Source: Oligoflexales bacterium (GTDB lineage Bacteria; Bdellovibrionota_B; Oligoflexia; Oligoflexales; JALZUQ01). Taken from it: 64,000 nucleotides of DNA. Both the position numbers and the translations under genes were made by a program. This document shows, one piece after another, positions 1 through 9,889 of this stretch (positions are counted from its first letter, which is position 1; each line of letters begins with the position of its first letter). The notes under the pieces were generated by a model. That model saw nothing but the letters and a program-made list of their open reading frames with translations, was not told the origin of the DNA and made no database searches. The stretch spans positions 3,621-67,620 of the forward strand of contig JALZUO010000034.1 in NCBI GenBank assembly GCA_023301565.1. The letters run 5' to 3'.

Positions 1-474
1 GCTGTTACATCGACCAAAGACGTTGTTAAATTTTCTATTAGTGGTAGCGAACTGGACTTTGCGACGGTGGATTCTGTTTTCACTCTTTTAGGCGATCAGG
101 GTATTAACTTAGATATCATCGTGCACAACACGGAAACTAAGACAATCGGTGGGCAGGTTGGTGGTTGGCTTGGGTTTTCTTTGGATGCTGCTGATAAGAA
201 ACAAGCTGAAAAAACAGTCGTGGACTTTGCTAAGCAAAGGGGATTTGAGGCAACCATGGAAGAAGGTTTTGCAAAAATATCTGTAGTTGGGTTGGGGATG
301 CGTTCTGCTAGTGGAGTTGCAGCCAAAACCTTTTCTATTTTAAGTAAAGCTAGTATCCCAGTTCAAATGATTTCAACTTCTGAAATAAAAATCTCATGCT
401 TGGTACCAATGGCTGATCATGATAGAGGTGTAAAAGCCTTACATACTGCATACTTTGACTCTGTGAGCTCATAG
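1..474 (+). CDS. lysC: Aspartate kinase, C-terminal ACT-domain portion (5' end lies outside the window)
   Basis: Frame 1 is open from base 1 (AVTSTKDVVKFSISG...) into the 67..474 ORF. The segment ISVVGLGMRSASGVAAKTFSILSKASIPVQMISTSEIKISCLV is the typical aspartokinase regulatory C-terminus. Confidence 0.85.
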   Translation, partial: AVTSTKDVVKFSISGSELDFATVDSVFTLLGDQGINLDIIVHNTETKTIGGQVGGWLGFSLDAADKKQAEKTVVDFAKQRGFEATMEEGFAKISVVGLGMRSASGVAAKTFSILSKASIPVQMISTSEIKISCLVPMADHDRGVKALHTAYFDSVSS

Positions 475-662
475 CTAGCAAGGGTAAAGAAAAAGTTTTG
501 TCGAGCGAATCGGCAGAGCAGTATTTTTGTTCTTGGCAAAAGACCTCCTAAACATCTGTAACCACACACTTTTTTAAAGATTCTGAATTCACGCTAATTA
601 CAGTCGATAACTCTATCACGTTGATGATTGTGTCGACGCTGTATATATAGAGGAGAATACAG

Positions 663-1445
663 ATGTACAAGCTAGAACTCAAAGGGCTTCTGCTGGCCGG
701 GTTGTTTATGACTTATGGTTGTGGGGCAGATAACCCAGGAAATATTACTGCTGTTGAAGACTCTGCCGAGAGCACTGTAGAGGAGCTTTCCACGAGTTTG
801 ACTTCCGATGAGCGCAACACCGTGATTCTGGCTGAGGTTTCAAAGAACCTACCTACGCTCGCACTTGGCGATGACGATATTCATAATGTCAGTGACATCA
901 AAAAAGTATTAGTAAGCTACGGTGTGAGTGCTGATTATTTAGAGGATGAAGAGACGCGCAAGCAGTTGTTTACGTTTATCGTTCAGCTTTATCCAATATT
1001 TAAGGGTGGCTTTACAGACGAGCAAAAAAAAGGATTACTTGATTCAACCGTTCTTTTTGGAGCCGGAGCAATCAGCTCGGCAACAGGACTTCCTTCGGGC
1101 GTTATTCTTGCTATCCTTCAGACTATTGTAGATGTGGCCTGGGACAGATATCAGCAAAGGCAAATCGAAGACCCTGAAGCCCAAGCTAAGAAAGAGAAGG
1201 CCAGCAGGCGCCGCAAAGCCCTAGAAGATAAGGTTAGTGTCGTCGGTGATGGTGAGGGAGACGGGATTGTTCGTGAGTTTATCCGCCGGTTTATGGAAGA
1301 GGCAGGAATTGATAAAGAAGAACTAGTAGGAAAGCTTCGCGAAGAAATTGAAAGCATACGTACTGATTTTGAAGAGCGCCTAAAAGAATTGTCAGAGCAA
1401 GCGATGCAGTTTATTGAAGACAAACTTGCGGAGTTAAGAGACTAG
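663..1445 (+). CDS. Hypothetical lipoprotein with a glycine-rich hydrophobic segment and a charged coiled-coil-like C-terminus
   Basis: Signal peptide plus lipobox (LLLAGLFMTYGC). GGAG-type RBS (agaggag) upstream of the ATG at 663. The E/K/R-rich C-terminal half has no recognisable catalytic motif. Confidence 0.6.
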   Translation: MYKLELKGLLLAGLFMTYGCGADNPGNITAVEDSAESTVEELSTSLTSDERNTVILAEVSKNLPTLALGDDDIHNVSDIKKVLVSYGVSADYLEDEETRKQLFTFIVQLYPIFKGGFTDEQKKGLLDSTVLFGAGAISSATGLPSGVILAILQTIVDVAWDRYQQRQIEDPEAQAKKEKASRRRKALEDKVSVVGDGEGDGIVREFIRRFMEEAGIDKEELVGKLREEIESIRTDFEERLKELSEQAMQFIEDKLAELRD

Positions 1446-2173
1446 AATCGTTTTTTGAAGTTTTTCAAAAAAAAGAAAAACTTATAAAGCAAATGTCGAA
1501 CGGGGTGGTTTTTTATCACCTCGTTTCTCTCTTTTCGGATCGCGCTGTTTTTGAGGTGCCGGGCGCCCCAGTCTAGATGAAACCATTCGGTGATCTTAGA
1601 GGTGATCCAAAAAGGTGCTTTTTTTAAAAGAGCGTCTATAACAGCAAGCTTGCCGTTTTTATCAAACAAAAAGTTTTGCACGTAAGGGTCTCCGTGCAAG
1701 AAACCGCGACCATGAACGTCTTTTACAAGGTTTACAATCTGCTCCGACTGCTCGTTGGTGGGAGTTTCACATTGCTTAAACTCTTCTAGATGTTCCATTA
1801 GTAAAAAAGATTCTACCGCTATGCCAAACCTTCTGCGTGAGCCAAAGGCTAGAACTTCAGGAGTTTTGTACCCCCAAGAGCTCAAAGTAAGAAGGCTTTG
1901 CGCCTGCCTTTGGGCGTAGGAGCTTTTAAAAAACAAGCTACGGATTCGCATGCTCGACTTTTTATCGCCGCCAACAGGAAACTTCACAACCACCCGCTTA
2001 TTCTCGATCTTTGCTATGTAAACCCTTGACCTTGAGTCGTTCTTTAGAGTCGTCAAAAATTCAGACTTGTTTAATATATTTTGAATGGGTGCTAAATTTT
2101 TTACTTCACAAAAAACCGCCCACCTCTTTTGGCTGCTTTCTGTTACAAGATGCATCTTTAACTTTTTAGTCAT
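1442..2173 (-). CDS. Lipopolysaccharide kinase (Kdo/WaaP/RIO-like) family protein
   Basis: Kinase catalytic-loop-like HGDPYVQNFLF, and a glycine-poor N-lobe with VVVKF. The start is placed at ATG 2173, 2 nt after the upstream stop; the ORF extends to 2209. Confidence 0.55.
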   Translation of the reverse strand: MTKKLKMHLVTESSQKRWAVFCEVKNLAPIQNILNKSEFLTTLKNDSRSRVYIAKIENKRVVVKFPVGGDKKSSMRIRSLFFKSSYAQRQAQSLLTLSSWGYKTPEVLAFGSRRRFGIAVESFLLMEHLEEFKQCETPTNEQSEQIVNLVKDVHGRGFLHGDPYVQNFLFDKNGKLAVIDALLKKAPFWITSKITEWFHLDWGARHLKNSAIRKERNEVIKNHPVRHLLYKFFFFLKNFKKRF

Positions 2174-2945
2174 AGCTAAGCATAACCCGGTGAAACTGTT
2201 TTGCCTCATCTAAAAGCAGGCAACTTGGCTTGTCCCAAGAGTGCATCGATAAGAGTTTTGTGTTTGTACTGCCGATAGCCCTGCTGTCATCAAATGGGTA
2301 ATGAAAGTGTCCAAACACCATGGCGCTTGGCTTAAAGCTTGTATTTGACAGATATTTGGCCGCTGAAGCCAAGATCTCTTCTTTGTTAATCTTGCGGTAG
2401 TGATCCATTTTTCTGGATGACCCCGAATGGAGCCATGCATAGGCATCTAGCGCCCATCCTGGAATAAACCAAACAAGGCGCCGCAGCCAATCACTTTTGA
2501 TGGTTCTGCGAAACCATAGGTAGCGGGCTGGAGCAGCAAAAAGATCGCCGTGTGCGACTGCCACATCCAATGTCTTTAGATAAGAAATATGTGTCTTAAT
2601 GCCTTCTATTGGGACGGTGGTTGGGTAGCACTGCATTCCAAATTCATGGTTTCCCTCGACAAACACTACATGCTTGCCGTCTACTTTTAGTTGTTCGAGC
2701 TTCGAAAATATAGGTTCAAACTTTTTGTGAAACCTTGCGTGTGTGCCCAAACAAAAATCGAAGATATCTCCTAGTAGGAAGAACCCTTGGACACCGGCTT
2801 TTTCGGCCTCTTCGAGGACTTCCAAAAGAAGCTTGGCGCGCTCGTCTGTGCCGCTGACAATATGCACATCAGAGACAAACAGGGCCTTCCAGTTGCCTTC
2901 TGGTAAGTGTTGTGACTCATGGGCGTTCAGGTGTTTTGTGCTCAA
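2166..2945 (-). CDS. lpxH: UDP-2,3-diacylglucosamine hydrolase-like metallophosphoesterase
   Basis: Calcineurin-like motifs in order: SDVHI, LGDIFDF, GNHEF, GHFH. Size and N-terminal layout resemble LpxH, and the gene neighbours an LPS-kinase gene. Confidence 0.65.
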   Translation of the reverse strand: MSTKHLNAHESQHLPEGNWKALFVSDVHIVSGTDERAKLLLEVLEEAEKAGVQGFFLLGDIFDFCLGTHARFHKKFEPIFSKLEQLKVDGKHVVFVEGNHEFGMQCYPTTVPIEGIKTHISYLKTLDVAVAHGDLFAAPARYLWFRRTIKSDWLRRLVWFIPGWALDAYAWLHSGSSRKMDHYRKINKEEILASAAKYLSNTSFKPSAMVFGHFHYPFDDSRAIGSTNTKLLSMHSWDKPSCLLLDEAKQFHRVMLSYD

Positions 2946-3108
2946 ACTGGGGCCTCCAAGCTGGCAGCTTCAAATGGTTCTGCCCCAATCCCTGTAATCT
3001 GCTTAAGAAAGGCGCAGCATTATTTTGGCTTATTCCAGCAGTTAGGTAAAGGTATGTCTGAAGAATGCCACCCTCACTGGTGGCCAGAGATTTGAGGAGA
3101 GGTTAGAT

Positions 3109-3351
3109 ATGACTCCAGAAGAAGTAAAATCACAGGTAACTGAGATTGTTGTTAAAAATTTAGGTGTAGATGCTGGTTCCGTTACTGGTCCTGCAAAGTT
3201 TATCGAAGATCTCGGTGCAGACTCTCTCGATATCGTTGAGCTTGTTCTAGACATGGAAAAAAAGTTCGACATTGAGATACCTGAAGAAGAAGCTGAGAAC
3301 ATTCGTACGGTTGATGATGCCATTAACTACATTGCGAAGAATAAAAAGTAA
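3109..3351 (+). CDS. acpP: Acyl carrier protein
   Basis: 80 aa. Phosphopantetheine attachment motif LGADSLDIVELV with an acidic helix II/III. RBS gaggagag upstream. Confidence 0.9.
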   Translation: MTPEEVKSQVTEIVVKNLGVDAGSVTGPAKFIEDLGADSLDIVELVLDMEKKFDIEIPEEEAENIRTVDDAINYIAKNKK

Positions 3352-3813
3352 GTGACCGAGTCACTACTTCGAAAAAACTGGGCGGGCTCTCTGGTCATTG
3401 GTTGTGACCATGCGGGCCCGCCCTTGGTTTCGTCCTTAAAGCTGCTTTTTGCGCCAGACATCCGAATTTTAGATGTTGGTACGCACGGCAGCGCTTCTGT
3501 GGATTACCCTGACTTCGCCAAGCAAGTGGCAGAACTTGTAAGCTCAGGTGAGTTTGACGCTGGTATTTTGATTTGTGGGTCTGGCATCGGCATGTCGATG
3601 GCAGCAAACAAAGCCAAAGGCGTGCGAGCTGCTTTGGTTTATGAGCCTGAATTGGCAATGCTTACGCGTCAGCATAACGATGCCAATGTGTTGTGTTTAG
3701 GTGCGCGGTTTACAAACCCTCTTGTTGCAACAGAGATAGTAAAGAATTTTTGGTTGACCTCTTTCGAAGGTGGTCGCCATCAAAATAGAGTAGATAAAAT
3801 CGCAGTTGATTAG
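3352..3813 (+). CDS. rpiB: Ribose-5-phosphate isomerase B
   Basis: Motifs GCDHAG, LICGSGIGMSMAANK, HNDANVLCLGAR. The GTG start directly follows the acpP stop and is the only start codon available in frame. Confidence 0.85.
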   Translation: MTESLLRKNWAGSLVIGCDHAGPPLVSSLKLLFAPDIRILDVGTHGSASVDYPDFAKQVAELVSSGEFDAGILICGSGIGMSMAANKAKGVRAALVYEPELAMLTRQHNDANVLCLGARFTNPLVATEIVKNFWLTSFEGGRHQNRVDKIAVD

Positions 3814-3841
3814 ACCTTTTTTAAAGTAAGGGATTTTAGTG

Positions 3842-5119
3842 ATGGAAGTATCTTTCCCCAAGCCGTGGCTAGCACTTAAAAACCATGATCCAGAAGTTTT
3901 TGCTTGCATAGAAGCTGAGCTTGGCCGCCAGCAGCGTGGCATAGAGCTTATTGCCTCTGAAAACTTTGCTTCCGCGCAGGTAGTAGCTACCGCTGGAAAT
4001 ATCATGACAAACAAATACGCCGAAGGCTTGCCGAAAAAGCGTTACTACGGCGGCTGTGAACATGTGGACACCGTCGAACAGCTTGCAATCGACAGGGCCA
4101 AGAAAATTTTTGGCTGCTCTTTTGCTAATGTTCAGCCGCATAGTGGGGCGCAGGCAAACGCTGCTGTCTTTCTTGCGTTGCTTAACCCAGGAGATACGAT
4201 CCTAGGCCTTGATCTTTCGCACGGTGGGCATCTTACTCACGGAAGTAAAGTGAACTTTTCTGGAATACAGTTTCAAAGCGAGTTCTATCGGTTGGATCCT
4301 AAGACAGAACGGCTTAACTACGATGCCATCGCTGAAAAGGCTCTAGAGTGTAAGCCCAAAGTTATCATTGCTGGTGCTAGTGCTTATTCACGCACGATAG
4401 ATTTTGCACGTTTTCGAGAAATTGCCGACAGCGTCGGAGCCTATCTTTTTGTAGACATGGCACATATAGCGGGACTCGTAGCTGCGGGCGAACACCCATC
4501 TCCTATCCCTTATGCAGATGTTGTGACCACAACAACACACAAATCACTTAGGGGCCCAAGAGGTGGACTTATTCTGTGGAACCGCGAAGACTTGAATTTC
4601 AATAAAGCTGTTTTCCCTGGAACCCAGGGTGGGCCGCTCGAACACATTATTGCAGCTAAAGCAGTGTGTTTTGCTGAAGCATTGAAGCCTGAGTTTAGAA
4701 CCTATCAAAAGAACATTGTTGAAAACTGCGCGGCTCTTTGTGAAGGCCTTAAAAAAAATGGGTTTAAGCTTGTATCAGACGGTTCGGACAACCATCTTTG
4801 TCTGATTGACCTTAGCGAGAGTGAGGTTACGGGCAAGCAAATGGAAAAGGCATTAGGAGCTGTAGAGATCACCGTAAATAAAAATACGGTGCCGCAAGAA
4901 AAACGCAGCCCTTTTGTAACTAGTGGAATTCGTTTAGGAACTCCAGCTGTTACCTCCAGAGGTATGGGCCCTAAGGATATGCATGCAATTGCTGACTTGA
5001 TTGGCAGCGTATTTGAGCATATGAAAAGTGAAGAAGTATTTGCTGGGAAGGCCCCGGCTTTGAAAGAAGAAGTAGAAAAGTTGGCTCTTAAGTTCCCACT
5101 TTACAAAGGTTGGGAATAG
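3842..5119 (+). CDS. glyA: Serine hydroxymethyltransferase
   Basis: Motifs [32 protein letters not shown] (PLP lysine). The ATG at 3842 follows an in-frame GTG at 3839. Confidence 0.95.
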   Translation: MEVSFPKPWLALKNHDPEVFACIEAELGRQQRGIELIASENFASAQVVATAGNIMTNKYAEGLPKKRYYGGCEHVDTVEQLAIDRAKKIFGCSFANVQPHSGAQANAAVFLALLNPGDTILGLDLSHGGHLTHGSKVNFSGIQFQSEFYRLDPKTERLNYDAIAEKALECKPKVIIAGASAYSRTIDFARFREIADSVGAYLFVDMAHIAGLVAAGEHPSPIPYADVVTTTTHKSLRGPRGGLILWNREDLNFNKAVFPGTQGGPLEHIIAAKAVCFAEALKPEFRTYQKNIVENCAALCEGLKKNGFKLVSDGSDNHLCLIDLSESEVTGKQMEKALGAVEITVNKNTVPQEKRSPFVTSGIRLGTPAVTSRGMGPKDMHAIADLIGSVFEHMKSEEVFAGKAPALKEEVEKLALKFPLYKGWE

Positions 5120-5182
5120 TTAGCTCCGAGGGGTTTTCTGTCAGCTTTTAGAAGCTAACCAAAGAAGGCGGTTTTTTGAGAC

Positions 5183-5647
5183 ATGCGTTGTTCGCAGTGC
5201 CTATCCGAAAACATCAAGGTCCTGGAGAGTAGAGCTCACCAGGATGGGCGCGCTATTCGCCGCCGCCGAAAATGTCAAGACTGTGACCACAGGTTCACAA
5301 CCTACGAGCGTGAAGAAGAAGTACAGATCCGGGTAGAAAAGAAAGATGGTCGGTTTGAAGATTTTTCACGCGATAAGATCCTGAGAAGCCTACAGATTGC
5401 TTGCCAGAAAAGGCCGATAAAGCCAGCGCAGCTTGACCGCATCGTAGTAAGGGTCGAAAGGTTTATCCAAGACTCAGCCGATCGCAGCATTACAAGTCGT
5501 AGGATTGGGGACTTGCTGATGGAAAACCTTCAGGGCTTAGATCACGTCGCTTATGTGCGCTTTGCTTCTGTTTATAAGGATTTTGCAGACCCAGACGAGT
5601 TTATCAACGAACTTAAAAACCTAAAGACCACACCAGCGAGGCTTTGA
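5183..5647 (+). CDS. nrdR: Transcriptional repressor NrdR
   Basis: N-terminal zinc ribbon MRCSQC...CQDCDHRFTTYE followed by an ATP-cone region (VYKDF). Confidence 0.9.
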   Translation: MRCSQCLSENIKVLESRAHQDGRAIRRRRKCQDCDHRFTTYEREEEVQIRVEKKDGRFEDFSRDKILRSLQIACQKRPIKPAQLDRIVVRVERFIQDSADRSITSRRIGDLLMENLQGLDHVAYVRFASVYKDFADPDEFINELKNLKTTPARL

Positions 5648-5648
5648 T

Positions 5649-6242
5649 TTGTTTACAGGTTTAGTGCAGGCCGTAGGAACGGTTGAAAAGTTAGAGCTTC
5701 TAGAAAATAAATCTAAGCGGTTTTGGATTCGGCCAAGTTGGAAGGAGACAGACTTAAAGCTAGGCGAGAGCATAGCTGTAAGCGGATGCTGCTTGTCTCT
5801 GGTAGAAGAAAAAGGCCCGCTTCTGGGGTTTGATCTTGGTCAAGAAACTTTGGATGTCACAAGGTTTAAGTCGACTCGCGAGAACGAAAAAGTAAACCTG
5901 GAACGCAGCTTGCGTTTGGGCGACCGTTTGGGCGGACACTTTGTTACGGGGCATGTCGACACTGTTTGCGCACTGCAGTCAGTAGAAGACAGCGATGGTA
6001 GCTGGGTGTTGTGGTGGAAGATGTCAGATTCTGCCGCCCGGAACTTACTCGTAGAAAAAGGCAGCATTTGCATCGACGGTATATCACTGACCGTAAACGA
6101 AATTAGTGGTGGCAGCTTTAGTGTTTGCATCATCCCGATTACCTGGCAGGAGACGAACCTCTCTTATTTTGGCGTTGGCGACCATGCACACCTCGAGTTT
6201 GACTTGCTGGCTAAGCATGTTGCGAAGCTTGTCTCTAAGTAG
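5649..6242 (+). CDS. ribE: Riboflavin synthase (alpha chain)
   Basis: MFTGLVQAVG N-terminus, duplicated lumazine-binding repeats (GESIAVSGCCLS / GSICIDGISLTV). The TTG start is 1 nt after the nrdR stop. Confidence 0.9.
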   Translation: MFTGLVQAVGTVEKLELLENKSKRFWIRPSWKETDLKLGESIAVSGCCLSLVEEKGPLLGFDLGQETLDVTRFKSTRENEKVNLERSLRLGDRLGGHFVTGHVDTVCALQSVEDSDGSWVLWWKMSDSAARNLLVEKGSICIDGISLTVNEISGGSFSVCIIPITWQETNLSYFGVGDHAHLEFDLLAKHVAKLVSK

Positions 6243-6389
6243 TTGATAAATATAGATTAAATTATTACGACCCAGGGCTTTGCAAGAGCCAATGGGCTGG
6301 TAAAAAAATAGGCATTATGCTAGTTTCGCCTCGATATCAATACGGTTTGGAAGCAAGATCCGAACCTATCTTTTTGGAGGCCTAAGCCG

Positions 6390-7577
6390 TTGTTAAAAAT
6401 GGATCCAAACTCAGTCAGGCAAAGAGTTGATGCAGCTACTGCCGCCATCAAAGCCGGTGGCATGGTCGTGATGGTCGACGATGAAAACAGAGAAAACGAG
6501 GGCGACCTTGTATTCGCTTCTGAACATTGTAGCCCCGAAAAAATAAATTTTATGGCCAAAGAAGCACGTGGCTTAATTTGCCTTAGTATGCCCGGCCCTA
6601 GGCTCGATCGCCTAAATCTGCCGTTGATGCGGGGGCAAGTCGGATCGCGTGGATCAAGCTCTACAGCTTTTACGGTAAGCATAGAGGCGGCCGCGGGCGT
6701 CACAACTGGCATATCAGCTGCCGATCGTTCTAAAACAATTGAAGTTGCAACTTCTCCGGACGTGCAAAGCCATGACATTGTTGTTCCAGGCCACGTGTTT
6801 CCGTTGCGTGCCGAATCGGGCGGGGTTCTTACCCGGGCCGGTCATACAGAAGGCTCTATGGACCTGGCAAAAATTGCAGGTTTTAGTGGGTGTGCAGTTA
6901 TTTGCGAAATCATGAAAGATGATGGAACGATGGCTAGGCTGCCTGATTTGCAGGTGTTTGCAAAGAAGCATGGCCTTCCGATTGTCTCTATCGCAGACCT
7001 TATTCAGCACCGTTTAGACAAGGGAAGTTTTCTAAAGCTTGTGCATCAAAAACCTTGCACTATTGCAGGGGTAGCGGGTGAGGGAAGCGAAGCAGTGCAG
7101 CTCTCTTTGTTTAAAAGTGAAATAGATCACAGCTTCCACTTTGCTTTGTGTAAAGGAGCGGGTCAGTTTTCTGGCCTTACAGACAAACCTGCAACGGTCG
7201 ATGTCAGAGTGATCTCGGGAAGACCGCTACAAGACCTACTGTCTGTGATTACAGGCGAGGCTGGGTCGAAACTACAAAAAAGCCGAGAGCTTTTTGCGCA
7301 ACATGAAAACGTCGTGGTCTTATATTTAAATAACTTTTCAGAAGAAGATATTTTAAACGACGCTTCGCTTTTAATGGATCAAGGGTCGAAAAAAGTCCAA
7401 AACTCTGCCATGAACTTTAAGCAGTACGGAACCGGAGCGCAGATTTTGCGTATGCTCGGAGTAAAGAAAATGCGTGTGCATACTTCTTCCCCCCGCTCGA
7501 TGGCAGGCCTTACAGGGTTTGGCCTAGAGCTTGTTTCAAGCGTAGATTTGGAAACAAGTGCAGGTCCGGAGGCGTGA
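6390..7577 (+). CDS. ribB: 3,4-dihydroxy-2-butanone-4-phosphate synthase fused to a degenerate GTP cyclohydrolase II-like domain (RibBX-type)
   Basis: The N-terminal DHBPS motifs are intact (DDENRENEGDL, GHTEGSMDLA). The C-terminal domain keeps the RibA-like tail (YGTGAQILRMLGVKKMRV) but lacks the Zn cysteines. GGAGG lies 9 nt before TTG 6390. Confidence 0.85.
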   Translation: MLKMDPNSVRQRVDAATAAIKAGGMVVMVDDENRENEGDLVFASEHCSPEKINFMAKEARGLICLSMPGPRLDRLNLPLMRGQVGSRGSSSTAFTVSIEAAAGVTTGISAADRSKTIEVATSPDVQSHDIVVPGHVFPLRAESGGVLTRAGHTEGSMDLAKIAGFSGCAVICEIMKDDGTMARLPDLQVFAKKHGLPIVSIADLIQHRLDKGSFLKLVHQKPCTIAGVAGEGSEAVQLSLFKSEIDHSFHFALCKGAGQFSGLTDKPATVDVRVISGRPLQDLLSVITGEAGSKLQKSRELFAQHENVVVLYLNNFSEEDILNDASLLMDQGSKKVQNSAMNFKQYGTGAQILRMLGVKKMRVHTSSPRSMAGLTGFGLELVSSVDLETSAGPEA

Positions 7578-8062
7578 TGAAAAAGATTGTTTTTGTAAAC
7601 AGCGAGTTTAACAAAGTTTATGTCGACGCGCTCCATACTGCCGCCAAGGATTATTTCGTGGCTAAAGGAACCGATGCAGCTAAGCTTGAAACCATCTGGG
7701 TGCCTGGTGCACTTGAGATACCAGCGATTGTCTCGCGGCTAATTGAAAGCGATCAGGTTGATATCATTATCACTCTTGGCGCGGTCATCAGAGGCGAAAC
7801 CACGCACTATGAGCTGGTTTCAGAAAACTGCGCCTCGAGAATTTCAGAGCTATCAACTGTTTCAAGAGCGCCGATTATTTTCGGAGTACTGACAACAGAA
7901 AACGATACGCAGATGAAGCAAAGGTGTGGAATGTTAGAAAAAGAAGACCCGATTTCGGGTAAGTCCGTGATTGAAAATCACGGAGAATATTTCGCAGATG
8001 CAGGCCTTAAAATGCTCAGCTCTTTGAGCCGTGCTACAGAGTTAAGAATGGAGCAAAGCTAG
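7574..8062 (+). CDS. ribH: 6,7-dimethyl-8-ribityllumazine synthase
   Basis: Motifs VPGALEIP, LGAVIRGETTHYE, FGVLT. The start (GTG 7574 or ATG 7577) overlaps the ribB stop. Confidence 0.9.
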   Translation: MMKKIVFVNSEFNKVYVDALHTAAKDYFVAKGTDAAKLETIWVPGALEIPAIVSRLIESDQVDIIITLGAVIRGETTHYELVSENCASRISELSTVSRAPIIFGVLTTENDTQMKQRCGMLEKEDPISGKSVIENHGEYFADAGLKMLSSLSRATELRMEQS

Positions 8063-8064
8063 TT

Positions 8065-8505
8065 ATGATTGCATCACCAACCGTGGCGACCCGTGAGATC
8101 AAACACCCAAACACCATTATGCGAAGAATTGTTTTTCAGCATTTGTATCAGTCAGACGCGCGTAGGGTTTTGTTTGCACAAGAAAATGAATTTATAGACC
8201 AGTGTGACCGTGAGGGTTTAGATAAAAAACTTTCTGATCGCGGATGGAAGCACGTGGGCCTTGTTTTTGAAAAACTAGATATCGTTGACGATGTAGTTTC
8301 TACCCATCTAAAGGGGTGGACTCTTGCTAGAATTGCCAAGGTAGATAAAGCGATTCTACGTATGGGCGTAACCGAGCTTTTGTATATGGACACACCGCCA
8401 AGCACAGTGATGGACGAGTGCGTAGAGATCGCAAAGCTTTACTGTGAGTCCGAATCGCCGGCTTTTATCAACGCTGTTTTAGACAGGGTTTCAAAAGCTC
8501 ATTAG
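8065..8505 (+). CDS. nusB: Transcription antitermination factor NusB
   Basis: Size, position after ribH, and the NusB-type C-terminus (ILRMGVTELLYM...INAVLDRV). Confidence 0.85.
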   Translation: MIASPTVATREIKHPNTIMRRIVFQHLYQSDARRVLFAQENEFIDQCDREGLDKKLSDRGWKHVGLVFEKLDIVDDVVSTHLKGWTLARIAKVDKAILRMGVTELLYMDTPPSTVMDECVEIAKLYCESESPAFINAVLDRVSKAH

Positions 8506-8634
8506 TGGGTCTGCCAAAGCTCGGTGAGACTGCTTGAGTTCCCTGCATCCTGGAGCGCAAGGCTTTTGGTTATTTGTTAAAATTAAGTATAATCTCCATA
8601 CTCTCTTGAATTGTTGATACCATTTGTAAAAGGA

Positions 8635-9882
8635 ATGCGTGTAATGAATAGAGTTCGTTTGGCTGGATTTTTCTTTTCTATGTTTTTTTTGATGTTTTGC
8701 ATCTCAAACTGTAAAACGCTTGAATCTTCTTCTGCACTCAGCGCATTCGGTGATCAGATAATGCTGGATGGGCAATCTGTCACTCCGCTTTATTTAAAAC
8801 ATGTCATCCGCGGCAACGACGATACGATAGGGGCTACTCCTGAGTCGCAACATGAGACAGCTCTTTTAGAGTTTGCCATCTATGATAAAAGCGGTGAGCT
8901 GTGGATGGACTATACCTTCTTCTCTCCTGCTATCCCGGAGGTCCGAAGACAAGTTGAAGTGGGCATCACCTCTAGATTTGGTATTAGGCAGGTTGCAAAT
9001 CAAAATTTTCTTGCTGAAATCCCTTCAATTCAAGGCGATATTTTATTTTATGAAAATCTACTAAGCAGTGAAATATTGCAAGGTACTTCGCGAAGTTTTG
9101 TGACCTGGGAAAATCGTCGCCGAACCAGGAAAATACGAAATGGATTTGCGAGTATGCAGCAGCTTGGCTTAGTAGATTCTTTTAAAGTTACCGATAGAGG
9201 TCCTGTTTTTCTGAAGTTTGTGCATGAAAAGTGGAGCCATCTAAACACACCTGAACAATACAGCAACCTAGTGTCTATCACGCCACCTGAGGAGTTTACG
9301 GCTGCAGATGGCGCGAGGGCTTTTAGGTTTCAACTGCAAGGTGCGGCTAGCCTTAGAACATCGGAGTATTATCATAAAAGTTATACTGCACGTATAAAGC
9401 TGGCTGGACGTGGCTATCAAAGCAAGCAGCTTGGTGGGAGTTTTGTCGCTCAAGCGGGATCTGTTTTTAATGCCAATGCAACTTTGTTTGGCGAAAAAGT
9501 TAAGGGAATTTACAAGGCAATTGACTTAAATCAGGTGAAAAATGGAATTTCTGATCAGATCGTTAGGCAACTAGTAAACTGGAGCTACCAAGTAAAGAAA
9601 ACTGAGAGCAATGTAGGTATGAGCAGCATGGTAGAAATTAAAGTAGATCCATTTATGTTAAGTATGGCAGCTCAAGGCAGAGCGGCACCAAACCAGGATC
9701 TAACCGGAAACGGGAATACAGCAGGTGTCTTTAGTACGGACGCATCTGAAAAAGCTAAAATGGCAAAAAGTTTTTATCCACCTGCAAATCAAACTCAAAG
9801 GCAGCGGTTGAACGAAACCAGCGCTTGGTATGAAGATATGCTTCGCAGGGACGAAGAGCGCTATCGAAGCCAGGTGCAGTAA
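8635..9882 (+). CDS. Hypothetical secreted protein or lipoprotein
   Basis: Hydrophobic signal sequence ending FCISNC, with no recognisable domain. The start is ambiguous (TTG 8611, ATG 8635 or ATG 8644). Confidence 0.5.
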   Translation: MRVMNRVRLAGFFFSMFFLMFCISNCKTLESSSALSAFGDQIMLDGQSVTPLYLKHVIRGNDDTIGATPESQHETALLEFAIYDKSGELWMDYTFFSPAIPEVRRQVEVGITSRFGIRQVANQNFLAEIPSIQGDILFYENLLSSEILQGTSRSFVTWENRRRTRKIRNGFASMQQLGLVDSFKVTDRGPVFLKFVHEKWSHLNTPEQYSNLVSITPPEEFTAADGARAFRFQLQGAASLRTSEYYHKSYTARIKLAGRGYQSKQLGGSFVAQAGSVFNANATLFGEKVKGIYKAIDLNQVKNGISDQIVRQLVNWSYQVKKTESNVGMSSMVEIKVDPFMLSMAAQGRAAPNQDLTGNGNTAGVFSTDASEKAKMAKSFYPPANQTQRQRLNETSAWYEDMLRRDEERYRSQVQ

Positions 9883-9889
9883 TAGATCT

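Noticed and set aside
1452-1476. AT-only palindrome TTTTTTGAA-N4-TTCAAAAAA at the convergent junction of the 663-1445 lipoprotein gene and the LPS-kinase gene.
   Set aside because: The stem is pure A/T, it lies within the kinase gene's last codons, and it is too weak to call a terminator with confidence.
6243-6389. Possible FMN riboswitch upstream of ribB (and likewise at 57157-57364 upstream of ribD).
   Set aside because: I could not find the conserved FMN-element blocks (e.g. the GGTGAAATTCC- or GATCCGGT-type segments) by eye. A covariance-model scan would be needed to be sure.
6320-6778. 152-aa minus-strand ORF antisense to ribB.
   Set aside because: It lies entirely within a well-supported gene, has no RBS or motif, and has the Ala/Ser/Arg-rich composition typical of antisense frames.
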